This document shows, piece after piece, positions 38,088 to 49,100 of a DNA stretch of 64,000 nt. The DNA is from Candidatus Latescibacterota bacterium. GTDB taxonomy: Bacteria; Latescibacterota; UBA2968. Where the stretch lies: NCBI GenBank assembly GCA_965205975.1, contig OZ242195.1, positions 4,160,001-4,224,000 on the forward strand. Direction: 5' to 3'. The first letter of the stretch is position 1. Every line of letters begins with the position of its first letter. Position numbers and translations under genes: made by a program. Under the pieces are notes generated by a model that did no database searches, had not been told where the DNA came from, and was given only the letters and a program-made list of their open reading frames with translations.

Positions 38088-39320
38088 TTAGATCAAAATA
38101 CCAGCAATACAGGCGGTCATCATCATCGCAAGTGTGCCGCCGATCATGGCGCGTATGCCGAGGATGGCTAATTCTGTGCGGCGTTCTGGGGCAATGCCGC
38201 CAATGCCGCCGATTTGGATGCCCACGCTGCCAAAGTTGGCAAAGCCGCACAATGCGTAAGTCAGGATCAAGGTGCTTCGCTCGCTCAAGACCACGCCGGA
38301 ATCGGGCTGGGACCATTCCATCATTTGTGCATAGGCGATAAATTCGTTGAGTACCATCTTCTTGCCCAGTAATTCTCCAGCATAAAAGCAATCGGCCCAG
38401 GGGATGCCCAGCAGGTAGGCGAATGGTGCAAAGACATAACCGAAAAGTGCGGCGAGGGACCAGTGCCAATTGTATCCAAGGAGCGCGCCAATCCACCCAC
38501 CAACCAGACCCAGAGCAGCATCGACCAGTGCGACGAGGGCGAGGAAAGCGATGAGCATTGCGACGACGTTGAGGGTTAGTTTCATGCCGTCTAATGCCCC
38601 GTTGGTCGCTGCATCTACGATATTGGCGTGTTTTTCATCCACACTTAATTCAACATGTCCCCTGGTCACGGATTGCTCGGTTTCGGGAATCATCAGTTTG
38701 GAAATCAATAGTGCTGCAGGTGCGGAAATGACCGACGCGGCTACGAGGTGTCCCGCGTCTATGCCCATGCCCACATAGGCGACCAGGACGCCCCCGGCAA
38801 TGGTTGCAAAGCCACCGACCATCAATGCCATGAGTTCCGATTTTGTCATGCTGCTTATGTATGGGCGCACCATTAGCGGGGCTTCAGTTTGCCCGACAAA
38901 AATATTGGCTGCGGCTGCGAGTGTTTCCGATCCGGAAGTGCCCAATGTGCGTTGCATGACCCATGCAAATGCTTCAACGACTTTTTGAATGATGCCGAGG
39001 TAATACAGGATTGACATCAATGAAGAAAAGAAGATGATGGTGGGCAATACTTTGAAGGCGAAGAAGTGGTGGACGTATTCTTCTCCAAATACCAGGCTTG
39101 TGCCCGCATCGACAAAGCCCAATGTGGCGGTAAAAAAATCTCCGATGCTTTGAAATATGGCAGCACCGATTGATGTCTTTAGAATGAATAACGCGAGGAC
39201 AAGTTGCAACAACAGCCCACCCCATACCACGCGAAGGTTCACCTGCTTTTTGTGCTCACTCATCGCCCAGGCCAAGGCCATCATGACCACCAGACCCAGC
39301 AGGCTGATTACGCGCTCCAT
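38088..39320 (-). CDS. nupC: NupC/NupG concentrative nucleoside transporter
   Basis: VLPTIIFFS, NIFVGQTEAP, GFATIAG, NEFIAY, YALCGFANF. Confidence 0.93.
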   Translation of the reverse strand: MERVISLLGLVVMMALAWAMSEHKKQVNLRVVWGGLLLQLVLALFILKTSIGAAIFQSIGDFFTATLGFVDAGTSLVFGEEYVHHFFAFKVLPTIIFFSSLMSILYYLGIIQKVVEAFAWVMQRTLGTSGSETLAAAANIFVGQTEAPLMVRPYISSMTKSELMALMVGGFATIAGGVLVAYVGMGIDAGHLVAASVISAPAALLISKLMIPETEQSVTRGHVELSVDEKHANIVDAATNGALDGMKLTLNVVAMLIAFLALVALVDAALGLVGGWIGALLGYNWHWSLAALFGYVFAPFAYLLGIPWADCFYAGELLGKKMVLNEFIAYAQMMEWSQPDSGVVLSERSTLILTYALCGFANFGSVGIQIGGIGGIAPERRTELAILGIRAMIGGTLAMMMTACIAGILI

Positions 39321-39434
39321 ATACCCTCCTTTAACGGTTGCCGATGTGTATGAATGCTTTTAAATTGATTCGTTGCTTTTAATATAAGACGATAAAATAG
39401 TTCACAATGCTTTTTTTCATTGAGATAATGAGAT

Positions 39435-39632
39435 ATGAAAGTACGATACTTTTCCGATACCGATACGGCACTGGTTGAATTTGTAAATAGAAAAATTTTT
39501 GAGACCAGAGAAATCAATGAAAACATCTATATCGATCTCGATGAAGAGGGCAATCTGGTAAGTATGACAATTGAGCACGCCAAAGCCAATGCAGGGCTCC
39601 GAGAATTTTCATATCAGGAAGTGACCGCATAA
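39435..39632 (+). CDS. DUF2283 domain protein
   Basis: MKVRYFSDTDTAL..ETREINENIYIDLDEEGNLVSMTIEHA. Confidence 0.8.
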   Translation: MKVRYFSDTDTALVEFVNRKIFETREINENIYIDLDEEGNLVSMTIEHAKANAGLREFSYQEVTA

Positions 39633-39674
39633 CCATTTTTTGTTTCTTACAACTTTTTATGAAAGGTTGACACA

Positions 39675-40547
39675 ATGGGTATTGAAGTTATTCGGGATGA
39701 GATGGCCGATCTGGTCGATCCCGAGGCAGAACCAGAATTGGTTGCAGATGGGTTTCAGTTCACCGAAGGCCCGGTCTGGGATCCGGCACAAGTCTGTTTG
39801 TTTTTTTCGGATATTCCGGCAAATACCATTTTTAAGTGGACGCCAGAAGGGGGTGTGGTCGCCTATCGCCAACCGAGTTATCATTCAAATGGATTGACAT
39901 TGGATGGACTGGGGCGGCTTCTTTCGTGCGAACACTCTGGCCGGCGGGTGAGCATTGAGGCGGATGGCGAATTGAAGACGGTGGTGGATTCTTTTCAGGG
40001 CAAAAAGCTCAATTCGCCCAATGATCTGGTTGTCTGTCAGAATGGAGACATCATTTTTACGGATCCACCTTATGGTCTATCGGGTAGGCACGGTGTGCCG
40101 GGAGAACAGGAATTGCCATTCCTGGGGGTGTATCGCCTGCCTGCAGGCGAATCAGAACCCGTTCTTTTGATTGATGATTTTGAACGCCCCAATGGGTTGG
40201 CGATAACAGCCGATGAAAAGACCCTGTACGTTGATGACACGCATCGGGGACATATTCGCGCATTTGATGTGCAGGATGATGGCTCTCTCGCAAATGGCAG
40301 GGTATTGGCAGAACTCAAAGGCGATGAAGATGGGGCACCCGATGGCATGAAGCTGGATCGCAATGGGAATATTTATTGTACGGGACCGGGTGCTGTGTGG
40401 GTGTTTAATCCTGCGGGCGATCTCCTCGGAAAAATTAGACTGCCTCTTCCCGCTGCCAATTTGAACTGGGGCGGCGAAGACCGGAAGACGTTGTTTTTTA
40501 CCGCGAGAACAGATGTTTATCGCGTGGCGTGCAAAGTGGGAGGATAG
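39675..40547 (+). CDS. SMP-30/gluconolactonase family protein
   Basis: FTEGPVW, SNGL, NSPND, FTDPPYG, PDGM. Confidence 0.92.
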   Translation: MGIEVIRDEMADLVDPEAEPELVADGFQFTEGPVWDPAQVCLFFSDIPANTIFKWTPEGGVVAYRQPSYHSNGLTLDGLGRLLSCEHSGRRVSIEADGELKTVVDSFQGKKLNSPNDLVVCQNGDIIFTDPPYGLSGRHGVPGEQELPFLGVYRLPAGESEPVLLIDDFERPNGLAITADEKTLYVDDTHRGHIRAFDVQDDGSLANGRVLAELKGDEDGAPDGMKLDRNGNIYCTGPGAVWVFNPAGDLLGKIRLPLPAANLNWGGEDRKTLFFTARTDVYRVACKVGG

Positions 40548-40550
40548 AAA

Positions 40551-41695
40551 ATGAAAATCACAGCTATCAAGACGTTTATGGCGAGCATGGGACAGCGGTC
40601 TCGTGCGCTGGTAAAGGTCGAAACCGATGAAGGGCTTTATGGATGGGGAGAGTGTTATAGCCCCGGTCCCGATCTGGCAATTGGTCCAACGATGGATTAT
40701 ATTTTTGAGCTGGTTAAAGGCGAAGACCCGCGGCGGATTGAATATATCATGCTCAAGCTGTTTCAGCAGTTCAGATTTCCACCAGGCGCAATAGGTCTTT
40801 CCGCTATGTCGGGCCTGGATCACGCGCTGTGGGATATCAGTGGCAAAGCTGCGGGTTTGCCGGTTTATATGATGTTGGGCGGTGCTGTGCGCGATCGCAT
40901 TCAGGTTTATCGGAGTGTTGGTGGAAAAGACGGCAGAGAAGCAGCAAGAGTTGCGCGCCAGCTCAATGAAGAGCACGGCATTACGGCATTTAAGACCAGT
41001 CCATTTCGCCTGGATCCCAGTGCAGATCGATGGGGTCGGGTATGCGCGGCTGCCGCCGATTATTTTGAGGCATTGCGAAAGCATTCGGATGACAACTGGG
41101 AATTTGCATTTGATCCACATGCCAAAATTTTTGAGCCAATTCGCGCATTGCAACTGGCCAACGCCTTGCCCCTTACGATCCGCTTTTTTATGAAGAACCG
41201 TTAAGGCCCGAGAACAGCGATGCATGGGGACGCTTGCGTTCTCAAATGCAGGTTCCGTTGGCGACGGGTGAATCTCTGTACACGAAGTTTGAATTTTTGG
41301 ATTTGATGTCGAAAGATGGCGCGGATATTATTCAGCCAGATATTTGTATATGCGGTGGCTTGTTGGAGATGCGGAAGATCGCCGCGATTGCACAGGCGCA
41401 TTATGTGACGGTGGCACCGCACAATCCGATGGGTCCATTGGCTACCGCGGTCAATGTCCACTTTGCCGCCGCCACGCCCAATTTCAAAATTCTGGAATAT
41501 CACCTGCCCGATGAGAGCAATGCGCTGAATTGGTTGGACGAACCCTATTGGCCCGTGGATGGATATCTGGAATTGAGGCCAGACCGTCCCGGTTTGGGTG
41601 TGGAGGTGAATGAAGAAGTCATTAGAGCGGGTGAATACGTCCACTGGGAACGGGGGAGTACCAAAGCGCCCGATGGTTCGACAAATTATATTTAA
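40551..41695 (+). pseudogene. Mandelate racemase/galactonate dehydratase-family enzyme, split by a 1-nt frameshift near 41168
   Basis: Adding one base at TTGCCCC joins ..LANAL to (A/P)PYDPLFYEEP..ATGE..QPD..PHNP, giving 381 aa; may be a sequencing error. Confidence 0.85.
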
Positions 41696-41709
41696 AAGAG
41701 GAGGGCGAA

Positions 41710-42486
41710 ATGACACCAGAAGAACGGTTTATGTTTGATCTCGATGGATATTTGGTCATTAAAAATGTGTTGACGCCTGAGGAAGTCAAACGGCTCAATG
41801 AGGTCGCAGATGCGACATTTGTTCGCGATTACGACGATCCGAACGAGGACTCAAAGGGGCGAGCAGGACGCCGACAAGTGGGGCGCGTGTCTGCGTGGTC
41901 GGCAGAGACACAGGCTCTGATCGATCACCCGCGTATTTTGCCGTATTTAATTGAATTGCTCGGTCCAGGTTTTCGCCTCGATCATGACTATTGCATCTTT
42001 ATGAGGCCGGGGGCTGCTTGTGGTCGCTTGCACGGCGCGCCCGGCGGGCATACGGGTAGTCAACGCAAGTACCTGTATATAGAAGGTGAGATGTTGAATG
42101 GGTTGAGTGTAGTGACTTTCTTTTTGGCGGATGCAAAGGCGGGAGATGGTGGCTTTACCTGCATTCCCGGGAGCCATAAGACCAATTTTGGACAAAATGT
42201 GCCACCCGAAGTGCGAGGGTTTGAGCGCGTTCCCGATTATATGGTTCAACCCGAAGTGGAAGCAGGCGATGCGCTGATTTTTACAGAGGCGCTGATGCAC
42301 GGCACCATGCCGTGGAGAGCACAACATGAACGCCGCGCATTTCTGTATAAATACGCGCCGGGCCATCTGGCGTATTCCAATAATTTTTACAATGCGGATG
42401 ACTACACCAATCCATCAGATCAACAGCGGCGTATCTTAACGCCGCCATCTGCGGGAAGACGCCCGGCGGTGATTCAGGAAGTGTGA
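41710..42486 (+). CDS. Phytanoyl-CoA dioxygenase (PhyH) family protein
   Basis: FDLDGYLVIKNVL, IPGSHK, AGDALIFTEALMHG, RR. Confidence 0.88.
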   Translation: MTPEERFMFDLDGYLVIKNVLTPEEVKRLNEVADATFVRDYDDPNEDSKGRAGRRQVGRVSAWSAETQALIDHPRILPYLIELLGPGFRLDHDYCIFMRPGAACGRLHGAPGGHTGSQRKYLYIEGEMLNGLSVVTFFLADAKAGDGGFTCIPGSHKTNFGQNVPPEVRGFERVPDYMVQPEVEAGDALIFTEALMHGTMPWRAQHERRAFLYKYAPGHLAYSNNFYNADDYTNPSDQQRRILTPPSAGRRPAVIQEV

Positions 42487-42488
42487 TC

Positions 42489-42546
42489 CGCAGATGAACG
42501 CAGATACACACAGATAAATGGTAGAGGCGAAAAACCTTTCGCCCGT
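42489..42546 (+). repeat. Short tandem repeat plus REP-like palindrome
   Basis: CGCAGATGAA-CGCAGATACA-CACAGATAAA, then GTAGAGGCGAAA..TTTCGCC. Confidence 0.5.
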
Positions 42547-42562
42547 TGTGATGGGAGATTCT

Positions 42563-44002
42563 ATGAATATTGTCCTCATTATTATTGATACAATGCGCTA
42601 CGACTATATTGGTGCTAATGGAAATGATTGGATCGAAACGCCCAATCTCGACCGCTTGGCCGCGCAATCGTGGTGTTTTGACCGCGCTTTTGCCGCCAGT
42701 TTTCCCACCATTCCCTATCGCACGGATGTTATGACCGGAAAATACGGCAGTCCGTTCCACACCTGGAAGCCCCTGCCTTTTGACACGCGGTCTCTTCCGT
42801 CTGTGCTGGGCGAAGCGGGATACGCGACACAGCTCATTCACGATACACCCCATCTCGTCAACGGTGGGCACGCATTTGATTATCCCTTTCACACGTGGAC
42901 GTTTATTCGCGGCGCAGAAGTTGACCGCGCATGGATGGATGATGAAGCGCAGTGGCCCAGCAACTGGTGCAGAGATCCTTTATTCGATGTTTTGGGCGAA
43001 GATGCGGATCTGACAAAACACAATTACACGTATGCCCGAACCAACCGGGGACGCACAAATTTGGACGACTGGAATTGCGCGAAGTTGTTCAATACGGCAG
43101 CCCAATTCTTGCGGGATAATGCGCGGCGGGAAAATTTCTTTCTCTGGATTGATTGCTTCGATCCCCACGAGCCGTGGGATGTACCTCCGGCTTTTATGCT
43201 TAAATACGACAAGACCCCCGGTTACGATGGACGGCTTGATCCCCGCGCTTTTCAGGGCCCACGCAACAATCCCAATTTGCCCGATGAAGCCAGGGCTCGC
43301 ATGAAAGCGAGTTACGCGGCCAAGGTCACCTGGATGGACCACTGCTTCGGGCGGTTTCTCGAGGCTTTTGACGCCACGGGGTTGAGCAAAAATACCGCGA
43401 TTATTGTCGCTGGCGATCACGGTACTAATGTAGGCGAGCGCGGGCGCTTTGGCAAGTACGCGCCTGTGTACGAGCAGGAGATTCACATTCCACTTATTAT
43501 CAAAACGCCCGAAGACGACGGGGGACGCAGTTCGGCTATTTTCCAACCACAGGACTTTTTTGCTACTGTCGCCAATTTGGCTGGTGCGTCGATTCCGGAG
43601 GACATAGATAGCCAGGACATTCTCGCCGCTGCGCGGGAAGGCAGTGCGGGAATGCGACAACTCGCGCTTGCGGGCACTGCCCGAGGGTGGGCAAAACAGC
43701 GTGGATTTTTCACGGTGTTCGATCAGGACGGGTACCTGGAATGGCAACCCGAAGCAGAAGGCTGCCTGCTCACGCCTTATGGGTCGCTGGATAACACGGC
43801 GGCGGAACATCCCGACCGCGTCCAGAATCTGCAAATTGCGGGTCTTTCTGAACTCGAGCGCCGAGGTGCCGATCCCATCCTGATCAACTGGCTCAAGAAC
43901 GGTGCAGAGGGTCAGATCCCTGAGAATTGCCGCCTTTTCGATGGCTGGCCCGGTCCAGAAGGGTTTCAGACCTATTTTGCAAGAGCTTATGGCGGTGCGT
44001 GA
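42563..44002 (+). CDS. Sulfatase-like alkaline phosphatase superfamily hydrolase (Thr at the nucleophile position)
   Basis: MNIVLIIIDTMRYD, SFPTIPYR, FDPHEPWD, GDHG; GGAG RBS before ATG 42563. Confidence 0.85.
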   Translation: MNIVLIIIDTMRYDYIGANGNDWIETPNLDRLAAQSWCFDRAFAASFPTIPYRTDVMTGKYGSPFHTWKPLPFDTRSLPSVLGEAGYATQLIHDTPHLVNGGHAFDYPFHTWTFIRGAEVDRAWMDDEAQWPSNWCRDPLFDVLGEDADLTKHNYTYARTNRGRTNLDDWNCAKLFNTAAQFLRDNARRENFFLWIDCFDPHEPWDVPPAFMLKYDKTPGYDGRLDPRAFQGPRNNPNLPDEARARMKASYAAKVTWMDHCFGRFLEAFDATGLSKNTAIIVAGDHGTNVGERGRFGKYAPVYEQEIHIPLIIKTPEDDGGRSSAIFQPQDFFATVANLAGASIPEDIDSQDILAAAREGSAGMRQLALAGTARGWAKQRGFFTVFDQDGYLEWQPEAEGCLLTPYGSLDNTAAEHPDRVQNLQIAGLSELERRGADPILINWLKNGAEGQIPENCRLFDGWPGPEGFQTYFARAYGGA

Positions 44003-45738
44003 TGGTGGGCTTTCACGCGCACGGTTACGATGTCCGTGTCGTGATATTGCTGGTGGCGAACAGATGACGCTATGTGTCGCAACAGCCGAAGAGAAACTTC
44101 TCGCTCCACAGGTGCTTCATCCGTCTGTTCGCTGAGTAGCGCGATCTGATCCTGAAGATTTTCCTCTCCGGATGCGACAACGAACTCGAGAACCGCGTCG
44201 CCTTCTTCTCTGTACGCAGTAAGACGCAAGTGTCGTCGATCGTGATCCTCTTCATCTTGTGGGAGGAGTGTCAGCAATGTCTCCTCAGCGGCGGCGTTCA
44301 GGCGGTTAGACATCGCTGTGTCCCAGCCGTTGCGGGATGCAAATGCGCCGAGAAAGTCTCTGATTTTTGGCAGGGCGGAAATATCGAATTCGGTCTCTAT
44401 CCGACTGCGGCGAGGTTCTGCTATTTCCACGAATATCGTCATGAGGATAGCTGTGAAACCGCCCGCGCTCATCCCATTCTCTAAAAGACCACCTGCAAAT
44501 TCCGAGATGTATTCGGGAAATACCATGCCGCTCTGGAAGCTAACCCCTACAAAGAACGCGATGCCGACGATCATGCCGTTGCGATAGTCGATTCCATCTT
44601 GAACGACTATCTTCATGCCGACTACGAAGAGTGCTGCCAACAGTACGGTGAGATAAGCTGCGATGACAGGACCTGGTATCGCCAGGATTGAGGCGAGGAC
44701 TTTCGGAAGAAACGCCATAGCAATGAACACTGCCCCGGTGGCAACTCCGACGCTGCGGGCACCCACCCCGGTGAGTTCAGTCACCGATACGCCCACCGTA
44801 TAAGCTGTGTTTGGCATTGTTCCCACGAGACCGGAAATCAGGGTGCTCATACCATCTACGGTTAACGCGCTCTGCACCGCCCTAAAATCCACTGCCCGGC
44901 TCTGTCGCCACGAGATGCGCTGGATGGCGACGGCACTGCTGATCGTTCGGATGGTATTGATTACGGCGACGAGTAAGAATGCCGGAAGCAGTGTCCAAAA
45001 AGTTGGTCCAAAATCGAGATCAAAGCCCGGCCATTCGTTCGTCGGTATGCCGATCCACGAAGCCTCGGCGACGCGGTCTGTGTCGTATAGACCGAAGAAG
45101 CCGCCAATTACCGAGCCAGCGACTACACCGATGACAGGTGCCCACAGGCGCAGTGCCCCGGTCGCCTTTAGCGCGATGCCGCTGATGATGATTATCGTTG
45201 CAAGCGCACTCAGCGGAGCAGACAGGTCCGGGGTCCCGAGCGGTGTGGCTGACAGCAGGTTCAATATGGCTGGCATCACCGTGATTGGTATCAGCATGAT
45301 GACTGTTCCCGCCACAGTCGGTGTTAAGAGCCGCTGGAACAGCGAAAGCCGATAAGAAAGTACAAGGGGGACGAGCGATGTGATGACGACCAGAGTGGCG
45401 AGCATTGCCGGGCCGCCTTCGGCAACCGCTGTGATGCAGACCGCGATAAAGGCCGCAGAAGGTCCCATAGCGAGTATGTAACCCATGCCAATTCGGCCGA
45501 TGCGGACCGCTTGCAGAATTGTGGCTGCGCCGCCGACTGCGACAGCGGTACAAACGGCCCATGACAGATAGGCCTCGGTCGCATCCGCAGCACGCATCAC
45601 GACTGTTGGGATCAATATGATGCCGGCGATACTGAGAACGGCGATTTGGAAGCCAAGTCCAAGGGAGAGAGTGGCCGAGAGCCTGTCGTCGGGCTGGTAG
45701 CGGATGCGTGAAGCACTGCTGGGGTTATTGGTGCTCAT
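43987..45738 (-). CDS. Xanthine/uracil (NCS2) family permease with C-terminal soluble domain
   Basis: Multiple TM helices, QAVRIGRIG, TPTVAGTVIMLI; hydrophilic ~140-aa tail. Confidence 0.8.
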   Translation of the reverse strand: MSTNNPSSASRIRYQPDDRLSATLSLGLGFQIAVLSIAGIILIPTVVMRAADATEAYLSWAVCTAVAVGGAATILQAVRIGRIGMGYILAMGPSAAFIAVCITAVAEGGPAMLATLVVITSLVPLVLSYRLSLFQRLLTPTVAGTVIMLIPITVMPAILNLLSATPLGTPDLSAPLSALATIIIISGIALKATGALRLWAPVIGVVAGSVIGGFFGLYDTDRVAEASWIGIPTNEWPGFDLDFGPTFWTLLPAFLLVAVINTIRTISSAVAIQRISWRQSRAVDFRAVQSALTVDGMSTLISGLVGTMPNTAYTVGVSVTELTGVGARSVGVATGAVFIAMAFLPKVLASILAIPGPVIAAYLTVLLAALFVVGMKIVVQDGIDYRNGMIVGIAFFVGVSFQSGMVFPEYISEFAGGLLENGMSAGGFTAILMTIFVEIAEPRRSRIETEFDISALPKIRDFLGAFASRNGWDTAMSNRLNAAAEETLLTLLPQDEEDHDRRHLRLTAYREEGDAVLEFVVASGEENLQDQIALLSEQTDEAPVEREVSLRLLRHIASSVRHQQYHDTDIVTVRVKAHHHAPP

Positions 45739-45787
45739 TGTGAAGTGTGAAGAGTGAAAGGTTTAATAAGTGGAATCCCCATAAACC

Positions 45788-45819
45788 AACAGGCCCCGAA
45801 TTTCCATCCGGGGCCTGTT
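45788..45819 (-). terminator. Hairpin between the ACP and permease genes
   Basis: AACAGGCCCCG-N10-CGGGGCCTGTT; weak U-tail. Confidence 0.55.
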
Positions 45820-45855
45820 CTGTAAGAAGCGTACGTTCTCCGGCTGGAGAGGATT

Positions 45856-46098
45856 TTAGCCAGCTGCGTCCAGCCGCTCGACCAGTTCCTGTACGCTTTT
45901 GACATCACCGCAATCTTCAAGCGTAAATTCAACGTTGAATTCCTGTGCGACTACTTTCGCGAACGCGACGAGATCTACGGAGGAAATTCCAGCCTCCTGG
46001 AGGCTGATGTTCAGATCATCGGGTAATGCAATTGGCTGTCCATCGACTTCCAGATTTTCCGCGATGAGGTTTCTGATACGTTCTGCGGTTGAAGCCAT
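45856..46098 (-). CDS. Stand-alone acyl carrier protein (SupB-like)
   Basis: 80-aa acidic protein, EAGISSVDLV phosphopantetheine-site variant; AAGGAG RBS. Confidence 0.85.
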   Translation of the reverse strand: MASTAERIRNLIAENLEVDGQPIALPDDLNISLQEAGISSVDLVAFAKVVAQEFNVEFTLEDCGDVKSVQELVERLDAAG

Positions 46099-46188
46099 TG
46101 TTACGCTCCTTTCGTAAGGTAGATGGTTGGAACCGAAAAGATAGTGCTCGGCAGGCATAAAGTCAAATTTTTTTTGTGGTCGTTTTGG

Positions 46189-49100
46189 CTATTGAATCCA
46201 GTAGTGCTGACGCTGGAATGGATAGCTCGGCAACGAGATGCGGCGGCGCGTTTCTCCCGCAAATAGTCCGGGAAATGAAACCGGGAGTCCCGCTTCATAC
46301 GCTTTTGCTACTGCTTCTACAAAACCGTCGTCTCCCAGACTCGACGATACAACCAGTGAATTCGCGTCGCTGTCTATTGGACCGGGCACCGCGTTTGGGC
46401 CAATCTCGATAATTACTTCGACCCCCAGATTCGCAAGCTTCTTCGCGCATTTGTCGAATGCCACCGGTTCCTGGGCTTGCCGACGCCAGTACGCCGCGTC
46501 GAGGACTTCGACTCCCCCTGTCACACTGCTCACAAGGACCAGAGATGGCGATGCGATTGTGACGTCTGTGAGGGTGTCTTCCAGATTGTCCGTATCCCAT
46601 TCCAGCGCAACCCGCAACCCATCCTCCAGGCTAAAGACACCCGCCGCCTGTGCCGCTGCAATTTCCCCTATACCGTGCCCGACCACCACGCTGGGCTGAA
46701 TCCCCACGCTCGACCACAGTGCCGTAAGCGCGGATTCCAGTGCGTAGATGGCAGGCAGGTCAGATAGATCACCGGTCTGGCCGAACATCGCGTCCAGCAA
46801 GGAGGTGTCCTGCTCTTCCCGAAGTACTTTGTCGCAACGGTCCAGAACTGCGCGGACTACCGGCTCGCTTTCGTAGAGGTCTTTCTCCATGCCGATCCAC
46901 TGGCTGCCCTGTCCAGTGTACGCAAAGGCGATTTTTGTCGTTGCGCGCGTTTCAGGTCTTTCTCCTGTTTCTGAGAGTGCCTGTAGTTTTTCTCGTAGAG
47001 ACGCGATATCCTGGAATACGATGCCCGCGCGGTGATCGAAATGGTTGCGTCCCACACCCGCTGTCCACGACATGTCGGCGAGCAGGTCCACATCTTCGGA
47101 GGCAAGCTCGTCGAGCCACGACAAATAGCGTCCTGTCAGGTCTCGAAGTGCCTCGTCTGATTTTCCCGACAGGGGCAGGAGCCGCGTCTGGCGCGGAGCG
47201 AACGCTTCTTCCTCTCCTGTGAGATCCAAAACCGATAGAGAAACGGGTTGTGCTGAACCCACAGGCGTTGTATCCGGGCTGTCATATCCCTCTACGACAA
47301 CATGGGCATTCGTTCCCGATATCCCGAAGGCACTGACTCCCGCCCGCGGCAGGCGATTGGGATGGCGCGGCCAGTCCGTCAGTTCGGAAGTCACCTGTAC
47401 CGGTAACCGGTTCCAGTCTATATGTGGATTCGGATTCTCGAAGTTCAGGTGCTTCGGTATCTTTCCTCGCTTCATCGCCAGCACTGCCTTGATCAGAGCC
47501 GCAATCCCGGCAGCTGGCTCCAGGTGACCGATGTTTGTTTTTACGGAGCCGATCAAAAGCGGGCGGTCTGCCTCGCGGCCTTTGCCGTAAACAGCAGCCG
47601 CTGCCTGAACTTCGATTGGGTCGCCCAATTCCGACCCTCCTCCGTGGGCTTCCAGATAATCTACGTCCGATGGTGCAACGCCCGCTCGCGACAGTGCCTC
47701 TTCAATCACCCGCTCCTGCGCCGGTCCGTTCGGCACGGTGGGTCCCGCGCTGGCTCCGTTCTGGTTGACCGCAGACCCGCGGATCACGCCCCAGATGCGG
47801 TCGCCGTCGGCTTCTGCCTCGCTCAGCCGCTTGAGGACGACTATCCCACAGCCCTCGCCGCGCGTGAAGCCGTCCGCAGAGGCATCGAAGGGCCTGCCCT
47901 GCCCCTCTCGTGACAACATGCCCAGGTCCGCCATTTCTCTGGTTAAATCAGGTGACAGAACTGCGTGTGTCCCTCCAACCAGAGCCATATCTACTTCGCC
48001 CTGCCGCAATCCCATCACTGCCTGGTGTACCGCGACCAGCGATGACGCGCAGTTGAGTTCCACCGGTATTGTCGGTCCCTCCAGACCAAGGATAAAAGCA
48101 ATTCGCCCGACCGTCATGCTCGCGGCAGTGCCCAGATAACTGATGCCGTAGTCGCTGGCTGTCATCAGGTCTCGGTACTCGCTGGTGGCGATGCCGGCGT
48201 ATAGTCCGGTGCGGCTGCCCCTCAATTCGTCTGGATCCATCCCCGCATCCTCAATCGCTTGCCAGGTCGTCTCCAGCATCATGCGTTGCCGCGGATCCAT
48301 CAGGCGCGCCTCAATCGGCGAAATCCGAAAGAATCTCGCGTCAAATTGATCAATGCCCTCCACAAATCCGCCCCGGCGATAAGCTGCGTAATGGGGTGGA
48401 AGATCTTTGGCGAGATTGTTCCATGAACCGGGATCCTGGCGTCCGTCGGTCACCGCGTCCACTCCTGCTTCGAGCAGGTGCCAGAAGGTGGAAAGATCCG
48501 GAGCGCCGGGGAAGTGGCACGCCATGCCCACGATCGCAATACCGTCGTCCTCGCGCTGCTCTTCCGTCTGCGGTTCTGGCTCGGGTTGCTCTTGAGGTGG
48601 AGGGGCGGTCGCATCGCTGACTTCGCCGAGTTCTTCGATTAGATGGCGGGCGAGACTGGCGATGTCCGGGTAGTCAAATACCACGGTGTTGGGGACCACG
48701 TACTCATCGGCAAATGCCCGGTTCAGGCGATTCCGCAACTCTACCGCCATCAGCGAGTCCATCCCCAAATCGAAAAATCCCACTGTGGGTTCCGGCGCTG
48801 TCGGCAACCTCAGCACTGCCTGTACCTCCTGCTGCAGGAAGGATACAAGCAGGTCCTCGGGTGCCGCTGCAGGTGTCTCTCGCAGTTGGGAAAGCAGGTC
48901 CTTTGACGAGGCCGAGGCGTCGGCTTCGTCGTCCGCATCGGCGGACAGCAAGTCCTCCAGGAAGGGAGGGCGATCTTCGACCGCCTCTTCGAACACCGAC
49001 CAGTCCATCGACATCACTACGGAAGTCGTGGCGTCCTGGCGCACCAGTTGATCGAATGCCCGGATACCCTGTTGCGGGGTAAACCAGCGGCCGCCGAGTG

